Below, one piece after another: positions 1-11,580 of a stretch of DNA of 64,000 nt (its first letter is position 1; each line of letters starts with the position of its first letter). The position numbers and the translations under genes are program-made. This stretch comes from Callorhinchus milii. Taxonomy: Eukaryota. The notes beneath the pieces are model-generated. The model made no database searches. It saw nothing but the letters and a program-made list of their open reading frames with translations, and had not been told where the DNA came from. The stretch covers positions 62,001-126,000 of the forward strand of contig NW_024704805.1 of the NCBI RefSeq assembly GCF_018977255.1, given 5' to 3'.

Positions 1-188
1 ACCAAACGGCTGCCACGTTTCGACCACAAAAAAGATAGTCAGTTCACTTTACAATATATTCAGTGAAGCGCGTTGTGACGGTTCTTCGCCGTCGATATGC
101 GATATATCAAATTCAAGGATTATTATTATTAGTTTATCGCATACTGTTATGATGACATCCACTGGTTCTGTGTAATAGAAACACTTAC

Positions 189-231
189 ATTGTAAGAAGA
201 GGAAGGAGATGGACACACAGAGGAGAGACAT
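189..231 (-). CDS. Leader exon of a second NAR-TCR-type V (V exon lies left of the window)
   Basis: ATG..MSLLCVSISFLFLQ+1 nt then GTAAGT donor (43 nt, phase 1). Near-identical to leader 40435-40477, and the flanks align with about 40.26-41.1 kb. Confidence 0.85.
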
Positions 232-979
232 TCTCTCACCGCTGGGAGATACCGTCAGCCCCGGACAACTGAGAGTGACTGTGAGTAACACAGGGCTGTT
301 CTGTAAGAGCGTTGGAGACTGGGTTTATTTGTGTTGAACAGCGTCACATCATGGCTGGTATCAGCAGCTTTGAGGGATTGGCGGTGGTTGGTTTGGAGGC
401 GGAGCGGAAAACATACATTAGGAAAGGTACTGACTATCTGTGCCCGAGAGCTTGGAGCAGAAGAGGGGGTGTTTGGGTGTGACTGTTGACCGCTCAGTCA
501 GGATTAAATGGACAAATGACGAGGAGCCAATGGGAGGAATTACATGCAGACACTCGGATTGGGTCAAAGGGTGTGTGATATTGAGAGGGGCTTCACTGAG
601 AGTTCGGAAAGACACATAAAAAAGCAACTAGTACACCAGTGACTTGGAGTGAGTTTTATTACAGTGACCAGCAGCTGGGTGTGGAGGCCGCTCAAAGCAG
701 CGGGGAGTTCGATTGAAGGTTTGGGGCATTTGTAAGAGCCGTGGGTATTAGAGAGGGTGATAAAGGAATGGAGGGGCTGTATGGCCCGTAGCGGGGAAGA
801 CGATGAAGTCATAAGGATGTTTAGTGTACACTATATCCCGTGAAGCGCTTTAAGACGTCACAAAGACATAAGTTGCTGTATTTATCAGAAATGTTATTAT
901 TGGTCTGTGCCTCTGGAATTCTCTGTCTGTCTGTCTTTCTGTCTGTCAACCTGTCGGTCTGCCTGTCGATCTCCTTGTC

Positions 980-1228
980 NNNNNNNNNNNNNNNNNNNNN
1001 NNNNNNNNNNNNNNNNNNNNNNNNNNNNNNNNNNNNNNNNNNNNNNNNNNNNNNNNNNNNNNNNNNNNNNNNNNNNNNNNNNNNNNNNNNNNNNNNNNNN
1101 NNNNNNNNNNNNNNNNNNNNNNNNNNNNNNNNNNNNNNNNNNNNNNNNNNNNNNNNNNNNNNNNNNNNNNNNNNNNNNNNNNNNNNNNNNNNNNNNNNNN
1201 NNNNNNNNNNNNNNNNNNNNNNNNNNNN
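980..1228. other. Assembly gap
   Basis: N run. Other gaps: 21808-21993, 22776-22905, 37559-37863, 50384-50408, 62000-62141. Confidence 1.
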
Positions 1229-3371
1229 CATTAGTTTAGTTTAAATGCTCCAAACACACAGTCTCACACACAGACAAAAACACCTATTCAAACACACACC
1301 TCTCTTTACTGTTTAAAGCAGTATGAAACCGCTTGTTTGTTGAATGTTGGATCGCTTTCCAGCAATAACTTTCCGACAGAATAATAATAATAACAATTTG
1401 ATTACTTAACCCATGAGTGTGTGTAGGACGGAGCTTTTTTTAGGTAAACGCTCAAATTGTGCGCCACTTCTCGCCTACAAAATAAACAGTCACTACACTT
1501 TACAGTGGATTCTGTGAAGCACTTTGTGACGCCTCGATGACTTGATGAGGCACTGTATACAATTGAAGGAGTACGATCATTATTAATGTTTTTGACGACT
1601 GTCATTGGTCTTGAGCATTCGGTTAATTTAGTGGGTTTGAAGAGGAGGCTGAAAGGTTGATTGACTTTATATTTTGTGTTGAAGATAGAGCAGTCAACGG
1701 ACAGTCTTGGATTGAGTGACTGGATTACTAATCTACTAGTTTATTTATTGAATTTTTACAAAAAAACAATATATTTGTTTTATTGTTTAAAGGATTGTTG
1801 CCACCGGGAAACCGATCTGTCAAAGAAAGAAGATATGGTTTCCTACATACAATAAGGTAAGCAAAGTCATGTGTGTACTAAGGAAACTGCCGGACGTTTC
1901 TCCCTGCCCGGGAATCGAGCCCAGGTTCTCTCGCTTGCGACACTAGTTCTCTAACCACTGAGTTACAGGACCACACATTATTTTTAGTGCTCAGCCCCAA
2001 TGACACGTCCTCACGACATGAAAGCTGCTTTGTGAAAGTCAGTTCTGTTGTATTATTATATGGCAAAATCTGACGGTGTTCAAGGAGAATAACAGTTTAG
2101 GTGTTGTTTCGGGATGAGTGGATTTAACAATCGAGCAAATTGGGTTAGAAATACACGGGCATCCATTGAGTGCAGGACTATATTTAACGTTGAACTGAAC
2201 AGGCAGACAAGTAATAATCAGTCTAATAATAATGATATTAACAACCTTTGCATTTGTTACAGTGTCTCGTTGAGAATTCGAGACAGCTCGAAGCTCCAAG
2301 CACTTCACAGAATATACTTCAAAGTTTATTGACTGTATATATTGTGGCAGATACCCGGCTGCCAATTGCCCACAGAAGTCTAACAAATAGCAGTGCATTA
2401 GGTAATGACATTGTTTTTTTTAGTGGTTTGATAAGCTAGGAAAGGCGGTTAGTCTCATCCCAAGGACGCATATACCTTTGTCTTCCAAATTCTCTCGAAA
2501 TTAAATATAAATGACTTTGCATTGCCATGTTGATTAAAGATTCAAATGATAAACACGGTGATTCAGATGGCCTGAAATGTTAACGTCTTGATGAGTTGGA
2601 AAATAACTCATCAACTTGTCGCCCTCTATTGGCCAACATGTAACAGTACAGCTGTGCTTCATGCTTTAAGCAGAATTTTACATAAAGCAATGATGAAATT
2701 TACAATGTGTTGTGGTATCCAGTGGCTTATATCACCTGAGGCTCAGAGTAATGTAACACACCTGTCAGTCACTGAGACGCACAGGTATTGAGGCTCCGCC
2801 TCCCACGCACTGAGTAATAATAATAAGCTTTGCTTTTGATACAGCGCTTTTCACGTCTTCAATTCGTCTCAAAGTGCTTCACAGAATATGATCGAAAGTG
2901 AATTGACCGTCCACTTGTGGACAAAATTCGGCAGCCAATTGCGAACAGCTGTGTCCCACAAATAGTCGTGGATTGAAAATGTCCTATTTAGTGTTGATTT
3001 TGTTTAGGTGGAATTTTTATCGTTCGTGTGGAGCAAGGAATATTGCTGAAGGTTACGGCTTGACAGGAATTGAATCCAGGTGTCTCGATTGCAAGGCGAA
3101 TGCTTTAACCCTCAGATACAATACTCCACGTTGCAAACTGAAACAATTCAATAGAAACTGGACCAATGCCGAACGCATTCATTAATTGTTGTCTGCGTTT
3201 ATTGCGACAGATAATGATCTGAACGTTTACCTGACAAGTTGACGTGAGGTGAATGTGTTTTCCTCTCAGTCTGGCTGCAGACATATCTGCTCGCCGTTTT
3301 GCTTCAATGCCTGACGAAGGTTCTGCATACAGTTAAAATGACGGAGTTTGCCTCTCTACAAAAGTGAAGGC

Positions 3372-3410
3372 AGTTTTTGTACGAGACTTGCAGTGCAGTC
3401 TATCACTGTC
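3372..3410 (-). other. Orphan 23-RSS with no V attached
   Basis: Minus strand reads GACAGTG-23 nt-ACAAAAACT. The spacer is identical to that of V 42645-42957, but SINE sequence abuts the heptamer instead of V coding sequence. Confidence 0.8.
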
Positions 3411-3892
3411 ATCTACACCCGGGTTGTTTATCGCTGCTAGATAAACAGCGGTCTGTGTGTGGAGTAAGGAAACTTGCCTAAGGTTTCACAAGACCCGGAA
3501 TTGAACCAGCGTCCTCTCGTTTGTAAGACGAGTGTTGTTCCCACTCCGCCACACGGCTCCGTGCAAATTAACAGAAAACAAAACAAAAACAGGATTGGCT
3601 TTTATTTTATTTGCAAACTGAAGTAAACCTAGAGCAACAGGGCCTGGAACGCCTAACTCGGTCATTAATTTTTGTCTGCATTCATTGTGACAGATAATGA
3701 TATAAACGTTTAGCTGACAAGTTGATGTCAGGGGAATGTGGTTTCCTCTGAGTCTGAGTACAGACGTGTTTGCTCCCCGCTTGGTCTCAAGGCCTCACCA
3801 AGCTTCCACACACACATCAGCGGACAGATCATCCCTATGTACAAAGTGAAGGCAGTTTTTGTACGACAATTGCAGTGCAGTCTATCACTGTG

Positions 3893-4205
3893 GTGAGACT
3901 AAAGGCACAGTAATACACAGCGCTGTCAGACACCACCAGCTCAGAGATGGATAAACTGGTGAAGGAACTAGATTTGTATAGCTGTGCGGAGAAACGCTCA
4001 CCAAATCCTTTTCCTCTGTCTTGATTGTTTTTCCAAGAATATCTTACAGCTATAAACTCTGGGTGCGTTTCTCGGTAATATCGGTACCGTAAGAGATGTT
4101 ACTGGCTTCCACTCGTGGAAAAGGTACATTCAAAAGTCGCAGTTTCTCTTTCATTCCTTACTATCTGGGCAAGTTTCTGACTGAAAGTGTCCCCATCACA
4201 GAGTT
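3893..4205 (-). pseudogene. TCR alpha/delta V pseudogene (family of V 42645)
   Basis: ELCDGDTFSQK..FECTFSTSGSQ*HLLRYR..SDSAVYYCAFSL has an in-frame TAA and Trp>Arg. RSS CACAGTG(3886-3892)-23-ACAAAAACT(3854-3862). Confidence 0.9.
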
Positions 4206-4839
4206 CTGTAATAAACATGGAAGAAAACGGAAATTTGTTACCCACTATTTTTCCCAATTATTTTTTCAGCGACTTGGGACGTTATCTGGATGATAAAGGC
4301 GCTATTACATATTTCATTTGTCTATAAAATAGTCAATATATTTTACACAGCAGTTTATCACAATGTTCTGAGGTCTGAAAGTTCTACGCATATTAAACTG
4401 TAAGGTGAATTGCAGTGTATTTTCATTCGTGAAAGGCAGCAACCAACTGTGCACAGCAATGTCCCACAGTTACTCGAGGAATGAGTTGTCAAATTATTAT
4501 TTTTAATTTTGAATGTACTTCTGTCCCTGGAAAAGAGATCCAGCAATCCGCTAAAAACGTTGGACAATCTATTATTATTTCGATTATAATATAATCCTTT
4601 ATGTCAAGCAGGTGATGAGGCAAGCAATGTCCTACTTATTGTTAGGTAAATAGAGGTGTGTGAGAGAAGTATGGAAACTTGAATAACGTTTCGATTTATC
4701 CTGTTAGGGAATTAACCCAGTCTTCTCGATTAGCGAGGCGAGTGCTTAAATCTCTCTGCATAGTTCTCCCACTGCCAACTTTTGTTGAAATGGAGCTGAT
4801 GATCAGCAACAACACTGAATTAGCTCAACACGGCCTCAC

Positions 4840-4885
4840 CTGATATAAAGGTTCCCAGCACCAGACAGACAGCAAACAGCCTCGT
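4840..4885 (-). pseudogene. Leader exon of V 3893 with lost start codon
   Basis: ACG replaces ATG. (T)RLFAVCLVLGTFIS+G|GTGAG, paralogous to 43548-43593. Confidence 0.85.
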
Positions 4886-4954
4886 TGCTGCTCTTCAGTC
4901 AGTGTGGTTGTGTCTGTGCCATCAGTTTGCTGATAACCCGCAGTGATTGTCGGT

Positions 4955-4990
4955 ATTGGCGGAGCCGCAGTCTCACGTCACCTCATTGGC
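4955..4990 (-). promoter_or_regulatory. V promoter: CRE-like TGACGTGA between two CCAAT boxes
   Basis: tcacgtca at 4973-4980, about 90 nt upstream of the leader. Conserved at 43681-43688 and degenerate near 46555. CRE motifs are established TCR V promoter elements. Confidence 0.55.
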
Positions 4991-5707
4991 ATCTCAGCCG
5001 CGTTTCAACACAACAACCAATTGCTTTTATACATCGGCTTTCAACAGTCACTGGGGGCAGGGAATCCTCCCACTCATCTTATTTTAATCCTTGAAGCCAT
5101 AACAATAACAGGAATCCTCCCACTCAGCTCCTCTTAACACTGCAATCCAAAGCCCTAACTCGCAGGCTGATCATAATGATAATATAATAATAATTCTTCC
5201 GTTTTCTGTAGCATCTTATGAAATCATCCATACGTCTCAAAGCGTTTCAAAGAATACATAATGAAGTGTGGTGACTGTATGTTCTGTGCGCGAAAATTGT
5301 CAGCCAATTGCATACAACAGTGGGCAGTAAACAGTCGTCCATTGAGTGACCAAATTATTTATTATAATTTTTTTTAGGAATTTTAACGGTGGTAAAACCA
5401 TCAGGTTCCTACCTACAGCTAAACAGAGGTTTGTGCATTATGTAAACTTGCCCAACATTTCGCGCTGTCGGGAATTGGAAACAGGTATGTACCTTAACCA
5501 AGATTATGGCAAAAGTCGTTGAAATCTTCGGGTGATTGAGTTGTTTTTGTGACTCTCATGTGCTGTCAATGTGCCTGCTTCTTGTGTCTTTTTCTCGTCT
5601 CCCTTCCCACAGGAAATCGCTGCTGCGGCAGAGAGAGAGACAGAAGCACAAACCCACTAAACACCGTCAGTTTTTGTACGAGTCTCTGACTGGTTCCCAT
5701 CACAGTG

Positions 5708-5916
5708 TGGGTCGAGAGCACAGTAATACACAACGCTGTCAGACAGCTACAACAGGGGGATGGTTAAAAGGCTGAATTTTTTCGAGGTCTGGAGTTGAGC
5801 AATGAACCGCTTTTTAGCAAGAGACGTATCATAATGACATTCCATGGTCACAGTTCCTTCTTATTTCCCAGTCATTGAAGTCACCTTCTGTGTCACAGAG
5901 TCTCCCTGGGTCAGGC
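5708..5916 (-). pseudogene. TCR V pseudogene with internal deletion (family of V 47189)
   Basis: GLTQGDSVTQKVTSMTGK*..MECHYDTS jumps to AKKRF.., losing roughly 100 nt of CDR1-CDR2, and has a second stop. Variant heptamer CACTGTG(5701-5707)-23-ACAAAAACT. Confidence 0.9.
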
Positions 5917-6363
5917 CTGAAAGAAACGAACGTGGAGTCCTTTGGCTCAGTGGTTAGAGCCCTCGCCTCGCAAGAGATACGACACGGGTTCGATTCCCAG
6001 ACAGGACAGGCACAATCTTAGGCAAGTTTGCTTAACGCACACACCCGTGGTTACCCAGCCGTACGTATAAAACTGTTTGTTATACAATTAGCAGATCGCT
6101 TTCCGGGGATAATATCCCCTTCAAAAATAAAAGACTTTTAACTTCTGTTCAGAAAATCATTGATAATGTAGGGGACATTACTGGACGAAATTGGCAGTCA
6201 CTGCACATTACAGTACGTTCTTTGAAGCATATACTGTTGACATGTTGACGCGCTGTATCAGACGCCAACATAATAATTATTATGATTAATAAAACCAGGC
6301 TATAAAAGAAACCGTTTCAGTAAACTGAGTTTGACAACTGATTGAAAGATTTACAATTGTTAC

Positions 6364-6409
6364 CTATTAAAATGGCAGTGAGAGCCAGACACTCACCGCC
6401 TCCCTCCAT
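6364..6409 (-). pseudogene. Leader exon of V 5708
   Basis: MEGGGECLALTAILI+G|GTAAC, 46 nt, paralog of 47988-48033. Confidence 0.75.
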
Positions 6410-6559
6410 CACCATCACTCAATCCACACCTGAGATCTTGCGTGGAAAATATATTGGTGCTGATCGGAGGCGTACGGCTCTGAGACACGTGACACTAAAT
6501 AACTAAGACCTCAATTCCTCGTGTACTGTCCCGCACAGGAAAGTTAAGTAAAGTAAAGT

Positions 6560-7060
6560 CACAGTAAAGGCTTCGTGACCACATCACTCCCACACTCGCT
6601 CGCCTCCGCTGGCTCCCCATCCCCCAGAGGATCGAAACCAAGATTCCTATCCTCACCTGCATGGCCATTCAGGGCCTTGTCCCTACTGCCTCTCTGACCT
6701 ACTACCAACCTACTTACCTGCCCGTACCCTCCGTTCCTCTGGCTCCGGTCTGCTCCACATCCCCCGCCCCAAACGCCCTACCATAGGTGGTCGGGCCTTC
6801 AGCCTCTCAGCCCCCAGGCTCTGGAACTCTATCCCCCAGTGCCTTAGCCGCTTCCTCCCTTTCCTCCTTCAAGGTGGGTCTCAAGACCTTTCTCTTTGAC
6901 CGTGCGTTCAACTCCCCTCTCGACTCTCTACCCGCTCCTCGCTCCGTCCCTTCCCCCCCTCACCCTGACCATTCCACTTTTCTCGGGTCCTGACCAAACA
7001 GTAAGTTGCCTTGGGACGTCCTCCCGACGTTAAAGTCGCTCTATAAATGGAATCTTGTTG
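6560..7060 (+). mobile_element. L2-type LINE 3' fragment
   Basis: Translates to motifs like RTLRSS..GGRAFS..PRLWNS typical of the L2 ORF2 C-terminus. Tail ttgggacgtcctcccgacg is shared with the local SINE. Confidence 0.75.
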
Positions 7061-8780
7061 TTGGTGTTGTTCCTATTCAAGTGCTCAACCTTGTAGGGAA
7101 GGTAGAGTGTCACAGTTCATTTTCTGGGGGGAGGTGCGAGTGTATTTCCTTCGAGCCAATTCGATATGGTGAGAGGATTTACACTGAAATGAAGACCTGA
7201 TTTGTTGTTTTCCATGATACCACAGTGGTGGGATTGAAAATAACTATATAGAAATTTAAAGGTGAAGGTGTGGATATGGAATTCGATCTGAGAGTAACAG
7301 AACATACAGATTTTTGGATAGTCTGCAATTTTTGAATGCAAGGGGCAGGTTATAGAGTGAGCAGACAGTTGGTGTAATCCAGCCTGGACATGATCAATGC
7401 AAGAATTTAGATGTAGAATCAAGGAAACCAGCAGCCAAGCCTGAAAGAATAAATTCTATCATCAATTCTGAGGTGACATACTCTCTCTCTTTTAGGTGTA
7501 CATTCTCTTTTCTTTCAGAATGTTTTTGGATTAGGATCCAAGTCGACAATTTGAGATCAGAATCTAGATTGAAATTCAAATTCAGGACAGTGATAGGGCT
7601 GTACTGTCAACAATCGACAGCTAAAAGCCATCACTCTGTTTATCACTATTTGTGGGGAAATTAGTGTGTGCAAATTGCCTATTGTATTACTTAATTTACA
7701 TTAGCTAACAATTTCCTCTTTTCTCCCACCTCAAACTTGAAAGGCACGATATTAAACGCAAGGCATATTATTATTATTGCTGAAAAGTCCTGCATGGAAC
7801 TACGTCAAAAGCCAGGGAACGTATACCTAAGAAAGTTAATCAATTCCTAAATTAAATGAAACAAGCTTAGTTTCAATTTTCTACCCAAACAAACGAAAAC
7901 AAACGTCAATATTGTCCTTAACAAAGTCTAGCCGTTTGATTACTGCAGTGAGATCCACTTACAGGCGGCTGCTTATTTGAGATAGCGACAATAAAATAGA
8001 AAAAGTGCAACAGAATTTTTTTCTTGAGCAAACTAAGCCTTGTGTTAATGCTTTGGAGAAACATTTGTACATTTCAGTTGAAGCAGCAATAGTTTGTATG
8101 AGGGAACCAATGTCAACCGTTACAGGAAGCATCTGTTATTCCTACCAAGGAAGTTAGTTACAGAAAGGAACCTGACATGTTTTATAAGTTGCAACTCGTG
8201 TTTTATATGTGATTAGTACACCATCTGCTGGTGGAGTGTGGTTATATCCAGTGTGCAATTGGAGACACTTGACGGCAAATTATTCTCTGCCCGCCTTAAT
8301 TATCCAGTTTTGAATGGCGCTAAGTAATAATATAAGTTGTTATTTATGTTTTATTACTGATTAAAAACCAGAGGAAAAGAAGTGCATGGGCAGTTTCGCC
8401 CAGAAAGTAAGATATTTGAAGTTATTTCTGTGATAACAGCGACATCATATTTCATAATAATCCTTGCATTTGATTATAGTGCCAAATCACATCTTCGAGA
8501 CGCCTCAAAGCGCTTCAGAGAATGTACTATAATCGAATTATCTGCATATTGTGTGGGTGAAAAGCAGCCAATTTCACACATCAGTGTCCCACTGGATTAA
8601 GTGACTAATATATTATTAATATTATTATCTTAAATGAATTATTAAACCGGAATTATTAAATCCGCTAATCGACTAAAAACAGAATTCCTACTTTTACTGC
8701 CAGGAATCAAACCCAGATCTCTCCTTGATCTCTCTTGCGGGGCGAGTGCTCCAACTACTGAGCTACAGGAATCCACATGG

Positions 8781-8968
8781 TAGTCTGCATGTTTATTGAT
8801 CTCGTGCTCAGGATATACTCTGGAGCTTTGGTGGAACATTGACGGTACCAGCAAAGATCGGGATCGCTGGAGTTGTAGCTGTGTAATTACATTGCAGATA
8901 AACATCCTTCCCTTCATTCACTGTCTCGGCAGATTAAAGCCATGTCGTTGAGTCTCCTGCACAATGTC
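8781..8968 (-). pseudogene. 3'-truncated TCR V pseudogene (GHCxGD family)
   Basis: CAG|GHCAGDSTTWL*SAETVNEGKDVYLQCNYTAT.. has a stop and a frameshift. FR3 and the whole RSS are deleted, and it joins to the CCATGTGG seen just after the nonamer of V 18054. Confidence 0.85.
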
Positions 8969-9891
8969 CTGCAAACCAGACACAAAACAGCCTTCAAAAC
9001 AGTAATATTAGTGATGATGGAACCGCTTACAATTTATATAGTGACTGATAACATCTTGGAGATGTCCGCGAGCTTCATGTAATATGGATTAAATGTATGC
9101 TCTGGGCAAAGCGCAGCAGCCAAAGCGCACATAATTGACCCATAAAACCCCTGGTTAAAGTGTCCATATTATCACAGATTATACATATTTTTCAGGGATT
9201 ATCACCACCATAAAAGTCATCTGCCTATAGGCCTGTATCTGAAACCGATTGGAAATGTGTCCAGTAGTCATACGTTCGTAAAATAATAATATTAATAATA
9301 ATGTTAATGTTTGCGTATGATACAGCGCGTTATCATGCCATTGAGACGTGTGCAAGCGCTTCACAGTCTACGTTATACAGTGTAGTCACTGTGTTTTGGG
9401 GGCATAATGCTGCATACAAATATTTATGGTTTGAGAGACCAAATTGTTGTTATTATTATGTTTTAACGGATCATTACTCGATGGCAAGCAATCAGCCAAT
9501 CGACTAACAACCGTATTCCAACTTCTGCTGTGTATACACAGCCGTATGTGTGAAGCAAAGAAATGTGCCCAACGTTTCAACCCGCCCGGGAATCGACACC
9601 AGGTCTTCTCGCTTGCGAAGCGAATGCACTAATCAATGCACAACAGGACTCTCGATATGTTTCACCGTACGTTAATTCAATGATCATGCTTTAAGCGCCG
9701 GTTGCATGACAGACAATCAATCAATATTTCCCAATATGTCTCCCAACTGCTTGACAGTATTTCTCCATACTTAAACAGGTACAAAACGCTGTTTTATTTT
9801 TGTTCGATGCAATGACGACCCCTCGCGGTGCATCAGAAAATCAACCAGTTGGAGATGTTGTACAGAGCCGCCATAGCACGGCAGCAGTGTG

Positions 9892-10195
9892 GGCTCTTTG
9901 CCGCAGTAACATACGGCAATGTCCCTGATCAGGACCGTGACAATTCTCAATTCGAAATCTTCACTCGTTTTATTGACTTTGGAGGAGAATCGATCTGGGA
10001 AGTCAGAGCTCCTGCAATCCTTCCCTGCAAAAGAGTAAAGTATGTCGACAGCAGCGATCCTGGAAGCTTGTCTGTAACAGTAGAGAGCGGTGGCATCATT
10101 GATTTCCTTTAAGGTGCACGATAATTTCTCATATTTTCCCTCTTCAACTGATATATCAACAATCGGTTGTTTCCAAGTGTCTTGCTGGCTGTTTC
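9892..10195 (-). CDS. TCR-type V exon, open frame but Trp>Cys at the conserved Trp (not in the ORF track)
   Basis: CAG|GNSQQDTWKQPIVDISVEEGKYEKLSCTLKEINDATALYCYRQ..FPDRFSSKVNKTSEDFELRIVTVLIRDIAVCYCGKEP. RSS CACACTG(9885-9891)-23-ACAACATCT. Leader not found. Confidence 0.75.
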
Positions 10196-10514
10196 CTGAG
10201 ATTTAAAAGAACATATTTTTGACCAGCAATTTGGTCTAATGTGGAGTCCAGTTATGTTTTGGTCAGAGCGTTCGCCTCACAAGCAAAAATATCTGGGTTC
10301 TATACCAGGCCAGAGCGAAACCTTAGGCAATTGCTCCATACGCAAATGTTTACCAAGTAGCAAATAGGAACAAGATTGTTATTCGACTGGCATCTCCCTT
10401 TTCCAAGGGTAATGTGCCCTTCAATAATAAATCGATTATAAAATAGATAAAAATATGGTCACTGAATCCCTGACTATTTGGTAAAACTGCTGCTGACAAT
10501 CGACTCGAATATAT

Positions 10515-11110
10515 GGAGTCATGTAGCTCAGTGGTTAGAGCACTCGCCTTGCAAGCGAGAGACCTCAGTTCAATTCCAGGCAGGGCGAAACCTTGGGCAA
10601 GTTTCCTTACTTCACTCAGAGCCTAATAATAATCCCTCCTAAACAAAAAGCAATAATAAATTGGTCATTTTCAATCTAGACTGTTTGTGGGACATTGCTG
10701 TGCGCAATTGGCTGCCGCGTTCGCCCACAAATATACAGTCAATTCACTTTACAGTGTGTTCTGTGAAGCGCTTTGGGACGTCCTCCCGACGTGAAAAGCG
10801 CTATATCAAATGCAAGGATTATTATCATTAGGGCGAAACCTTGGGCAAGTTTCCATACTCAACACGCCTCATAATAAGTTTCCTTACTCCACACAGAGCC
10901 TAATACTAATCCCTCCAAAACCAAAACAATAATAAATTGGTAATTTTGAATCACGAATGTTTGTGGGACATTGCTGTGTGCAATTGGCTGCCGTGTTCGC
11001 CCACAAATATACAGTCAATTCATTTTACAGTGTGTTCTGTGAAGCGCTTTGGGACGTCCTCCCGACGTGAAAAGCGCTATATCAAATGCAAGGATTATTA
11101 TTATTATTAT
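10515..11110 (+). mobile_element. Tandem tRNA-derived SINEs (one full, one 5'-truncated), Deu-domain-like
   Basis: tRNA-like head gtagctcagtggttagagc..gttcaattcc, core tgggacattgctgtgcgcaattggctgccgcg resembling the DeuSINE domain, (TTA)n tail. Family name recalled, not searched. Confidence 0.85.
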
Positions 11111-11334
11111 ATGGAAAGGCGCAACATCTAATCAAAGGATTATTAATGTTATATTGTTGTAAAAGGTATAACAAGATATTAAGAAAAGAAGATGTACAAA
11201 AGATACTGACGGTATCAAAGTAAGCTGAGAGTGATTGAGGGCACAGCACATGTCTCCCACATGAGCATCATGATGCCGTGTCTGACATTCACCCCCCAAT
11301 GTGGATTGATGGTTCTTCTGGGCTCAGTAGCCAT

Positions 11335-11580
11335 CCAGTTACAGCCCCGCCCACAAACAGCCCCGCCCATAGAGCCGCTGCCACGCCCACAGAGCTGCGT
11401 CACTCAGTCACAGCTCCGCCCACAAAGCCACTGTCACGCCCACACAGAGCACCGCCCACACAGCCACTGCCACGCCCAGAGAGCTACGTTACTCAGTCAC
11501 TGACCCGCCCGCACTGAGCCCAATATCTGCCGATACTTTACAGCGCTCCGCCCACACAGCGCCCCGCCCCCTCCACTCCC
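11335..11580. repeat. Degenerate GC-box minisatellite (ccgcccac/cacgcccac units)
   Basis: About 10 copies of CCGCCC/CACGCCC motifs, with two larger units containing cgtcactcagtcac / cgttactcagtcac. Confidence 0.7.

Noticed and set aside
821-1244. ORFs spanning N runs (also 21.7, 22.5, 37.4 and 61.9 kb)
   Set aside because: Artefacts of assembly gaps.
1257-1282. cacagtc..acaaaaaca RSS-like pair
   Set aside because: Spacer is only 10 nt and it lies in CA-rich sequence beside a gap.
9828-10112. 94-aa plus-strand ORF
   Set aside because: Antisense shadow of the V exon on the minus strand.
10515-10600. tRNA genes (A/B-box heads here and at many other sites)
   Set aside because: They continue into SINE body sequence and lack a complete cloverleaf.
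11215-11275. MMLMWETCAVPSITLSLL as leader for V 9892
   Set aside because: Ends in a stop, with no splice donor.
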